Position numbers and translations under genes: made by a program. A stretch of DNA of 64,000 nt from contig NC_134475.1 of the NCBI RefSeq assembly GCF_964194025.1, positions 13,268,001-13,332,000 on the forward strand. Direction: 5' to 3'. This DNA is from Convolutriloba macropyga. Taxonomy: Eukaryota. Of this stretch, positions 61,331-64,000 are shown in pieces. The stretch's first letter is position 1. Each line of letters opens with the position of its first letter. The notes beneath the pieces were generated by a model. It saw only the letters and a list, made by a program, of their open reading frames with translations, was not told the origin of the DNA and searched no databases.

Positions 61331-62040
61331 TCAGCTTTTTTTCTATGTGATTCATTTAATAACGAGGCTAGACAACAAGAAGTTGCAGAGTCATCATGAA
61401 AAATATTTCGATCTCTTTCTCTGTGTCGGTTGGGGTTTCTTTACTTCTCTTTACCGTTCACATTTTATCTCTCTATCTCTCTCTCTTTTTGTTGATGCCG
61501 CTCTTCAGCTGCTGTTATGTGGCGTAATGTCATCATCTCTGATTCTCATTAACTATGAGTTATAGTAAAAAAAACTTGTATAAACGTTTTTATAAATGAC
61601 TGAACAGGCACTTTTTTGGAAATTTTTGTTAATTGCTCGCAAAAGCAGTTTGCAGCAAATATATTAATATTAATACGCTTCGTATACCTCTGACTCCGAT
61701 GTTACTCTTTATAGCCACCATTATAATTGAGGTTTATCTGTGTTTTATAGAGTCGGTTAGTCTGAGAGAATTAGGAAAGCCTACTTCGCGCGCAGAAATA
61801 AATAGCCGTAACTCTTCATACCTTGAGGCTGTAAAAAGAGCCCACCTTGGGTCTGCCTTACAATAATAGACTACTACAATATTAGGCTACAATAATGCTT
61901 ATTGTAGCCTAATATGGAATGAAACTATTCGTAACAATTAATATATACCACTATAAAGATGATAACATTCGATCAGATTGATTTCTTTTATATCTGATTA
62001 TATTTGTACTAGACTCGTCGGCAGCTACCGTAATGTTTTT

Positions 62041-62538
62041 AATAGCCGCACAGCGATAGCTGGTGCTATTATTGGCCTTCTCTTGGTTTTTTTTTATTTC
62101 GTCGTTATGATTTTTTTTACGACCATATGACGTTACAGCCACTTTTTGTTCATTCGTTCATGCAATTTCAACTGAATTGCATGTGTGACGTCATTTTTCG
62201 CTCTTAGTGGAGCGAGTTTTTTTGTTCATGCACGTGATTAAATTTTTGGTCACACTTGACTTACCTCACTCTCAAAAATGATTTCCTCAGTTTGAAATTG
62301 ACTTTTATTTACTTTAATTCAAAGAGATAAGGTCAAATGGGTGTGTGTTACTCTAAATGAAGGATATTTGAGATCAGCTAATAGAGGCAGCAATAACTTA
62401 TACAGGTTTTTGATCAAAATATAACAGATCAGCCTTCAATGAAAGGACGAATTTTTTGGTCTGTCTTTTTACTGTTTTTTTAGACTGCCGATCTACGAAT
62501 CTATTGCGGCTATTTTCTGGCAATCTGCCAGGTATGTT
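62041..62538 (+). mobile_element. Solo A element
   Basis: Highly similar to 23287-23783, both termini intact. Confidence 0.8.
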
Positions 62539-64000
62539 TCTCATTTGTTCACAGTCTTCAGATTTAATTATTGAACTTGAGGTGGTACTTCATAAAATTA
62601 AAATGGCAATAAGGGTGCAAGTTCTGTCGACAGCAATTGTCAAAACTTTGCAAGCGACATCAATTAGAAGTACTCGAGCCATTAATTTGCTCTGAGATAT
62701 TCGAAGGTGCTCTTTTGTGTTGACTTTATTTGAAATACAATGAATTTTAATTTTTGATTGCCCTTAACCCTTAACGAAGTTCGAAGCAATTATTGCAGTC
62801 GTGTCTTTTTAATGCCAAAATTGTGCATCATGAAAGCATTGGTTTTTTAACCTTTGTTTGCTTGACTTCTTTTTCGGTGGTCCTATTTAGTCTATCATTC
62901 AGAGCTTAAGCAGCTGAATTCAACTGCCGAAAAATTATTGCTTTAAATAAAATCAAGAACGCGTCAAAAGTTTGTTTCTCTAAATTTCAACGAGCTGTTG
63001 CACAAGGATCAAGCGTTGGCCGTCTCTATTTTTAGAGCAATTTGTCAAACACTTTTTTTTACTGTGTGTTGTAGTTTGAACGGTTTACGGTTCTCGTCCT
63101 ATGATTTTTTGTTTTTGATCATGGAAACTCTAGTTTTCGATCTATTCAATTTTTGGTAACAGTGTTTGGTGCAAAGTTACGTTATTTGTTGTTCTAGTGA
63201 TTCTATTTTTCGTTGACGGGTTGCTTTTCAGGTTTTTTTTTATTCAATTTGTTTGGTTATTTTTGATAACTTTGAGATTTGGAAGAGATCTGATTGCTTT
63301 TAGTCTTTTTTGTCCTGTTTTATAATTTTTATCATAATTCCACGTCTGACTATACCAGTTTTCAAATATTTTTACGAACGATTATGCAATTGCTGAGAGT
63401 TCATAAATGATTTTTAAAAATTGACAATTTTCCTGAGAGTTAATGTAGCTATACACGTTTCATACCCTGCGTGGTGCGCCTATTTACTTTACAAACTGAC
63501 GTAACAAATGGACACTTAACGTAGCGATACTAATTTGATTACTCATTTGGAGAGTAAGTAGACCAGTTTGAGTAGTCTGCTAGCTTCCTCTGAAGTTTTT
63601 AATCACCGATATCTGATGGGGTTATTGGTCTCATAGAGGTTTTCATTACAATCTGTATGCAGAATAACATAACGATTCTGTTCAAGCAAGTTACAAAAAA
63701 AATAAAGTTTGCTGTCTTGTCCTGCACTAAATTGGTGAAATGACATTTTAACCAATGACAATTTACCCAGTGACCTTTAATCTCATCTTTCAATAAATCG
63801 ATTACAGTTTATCCATTGCTATTATAAGGATGTTTTAAGATATGGACAGTATAATTCAATATTCGGTTGTGATAGTTTCATATCAAGTCCCACGCGCCGC
63901 CGAGATATGGCCATTCTGCTAAAATTCGCGCTGCTAATTTTAAGATAGGGTAAAACAAAGTTGCTATTGGGTAAAATGGCAGATTGGGTATAATGGCATT

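Overview
AT-rich, intron-containing eukaryotic (invertebrate-type metazoan) DNA in the standard genetic code; the taxon cannot be fixed from this window. Five conserved housekeeping genes lie head-to-tail on the + strand: the 3' part of SEC24C/D (7 exons, 2499-19977), DCTN5 (3 exons), PRCC (2 exons), TRAPPC13 (2 exons) and RACGAP1 (9 exons, 37833-58439). All exon phases were checked by hand and join in frame. Two observations stand out. (1) Operon-like organisation: each of the four complete genes has a splice acceptor 6-16 nt before its ATG, two spacers are largely transposon, and one spacer is only 411 nt. This is the pattern expected of a spliced-leader trans-spliced polycistron (inference). 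(2) Introns and spacers are packed with non-coding Helentron/DINE-1-like elements (subterminal inverted repeats, 3' hairpin + (c)tatgtt, T-run target, no TSD). Three terminus families (here A, B, C) nest in a fixed order, A[B[C]], A[B] or A[C], always at the T-run just behind the host's 5' module and always in the same orientation. Also present: a fourth such family (E) with C-rich and tRNA-like cargo, a ~175-bp satellite carried inside B, a 1.94-kb near-perfect tandem duplication, a 5'-truncated antisense LINE, several perfect hairpins, and a candidate stop-containing cassette exon in RACGAP1. Repeat boundaries are approximate to a few nt unless stated.
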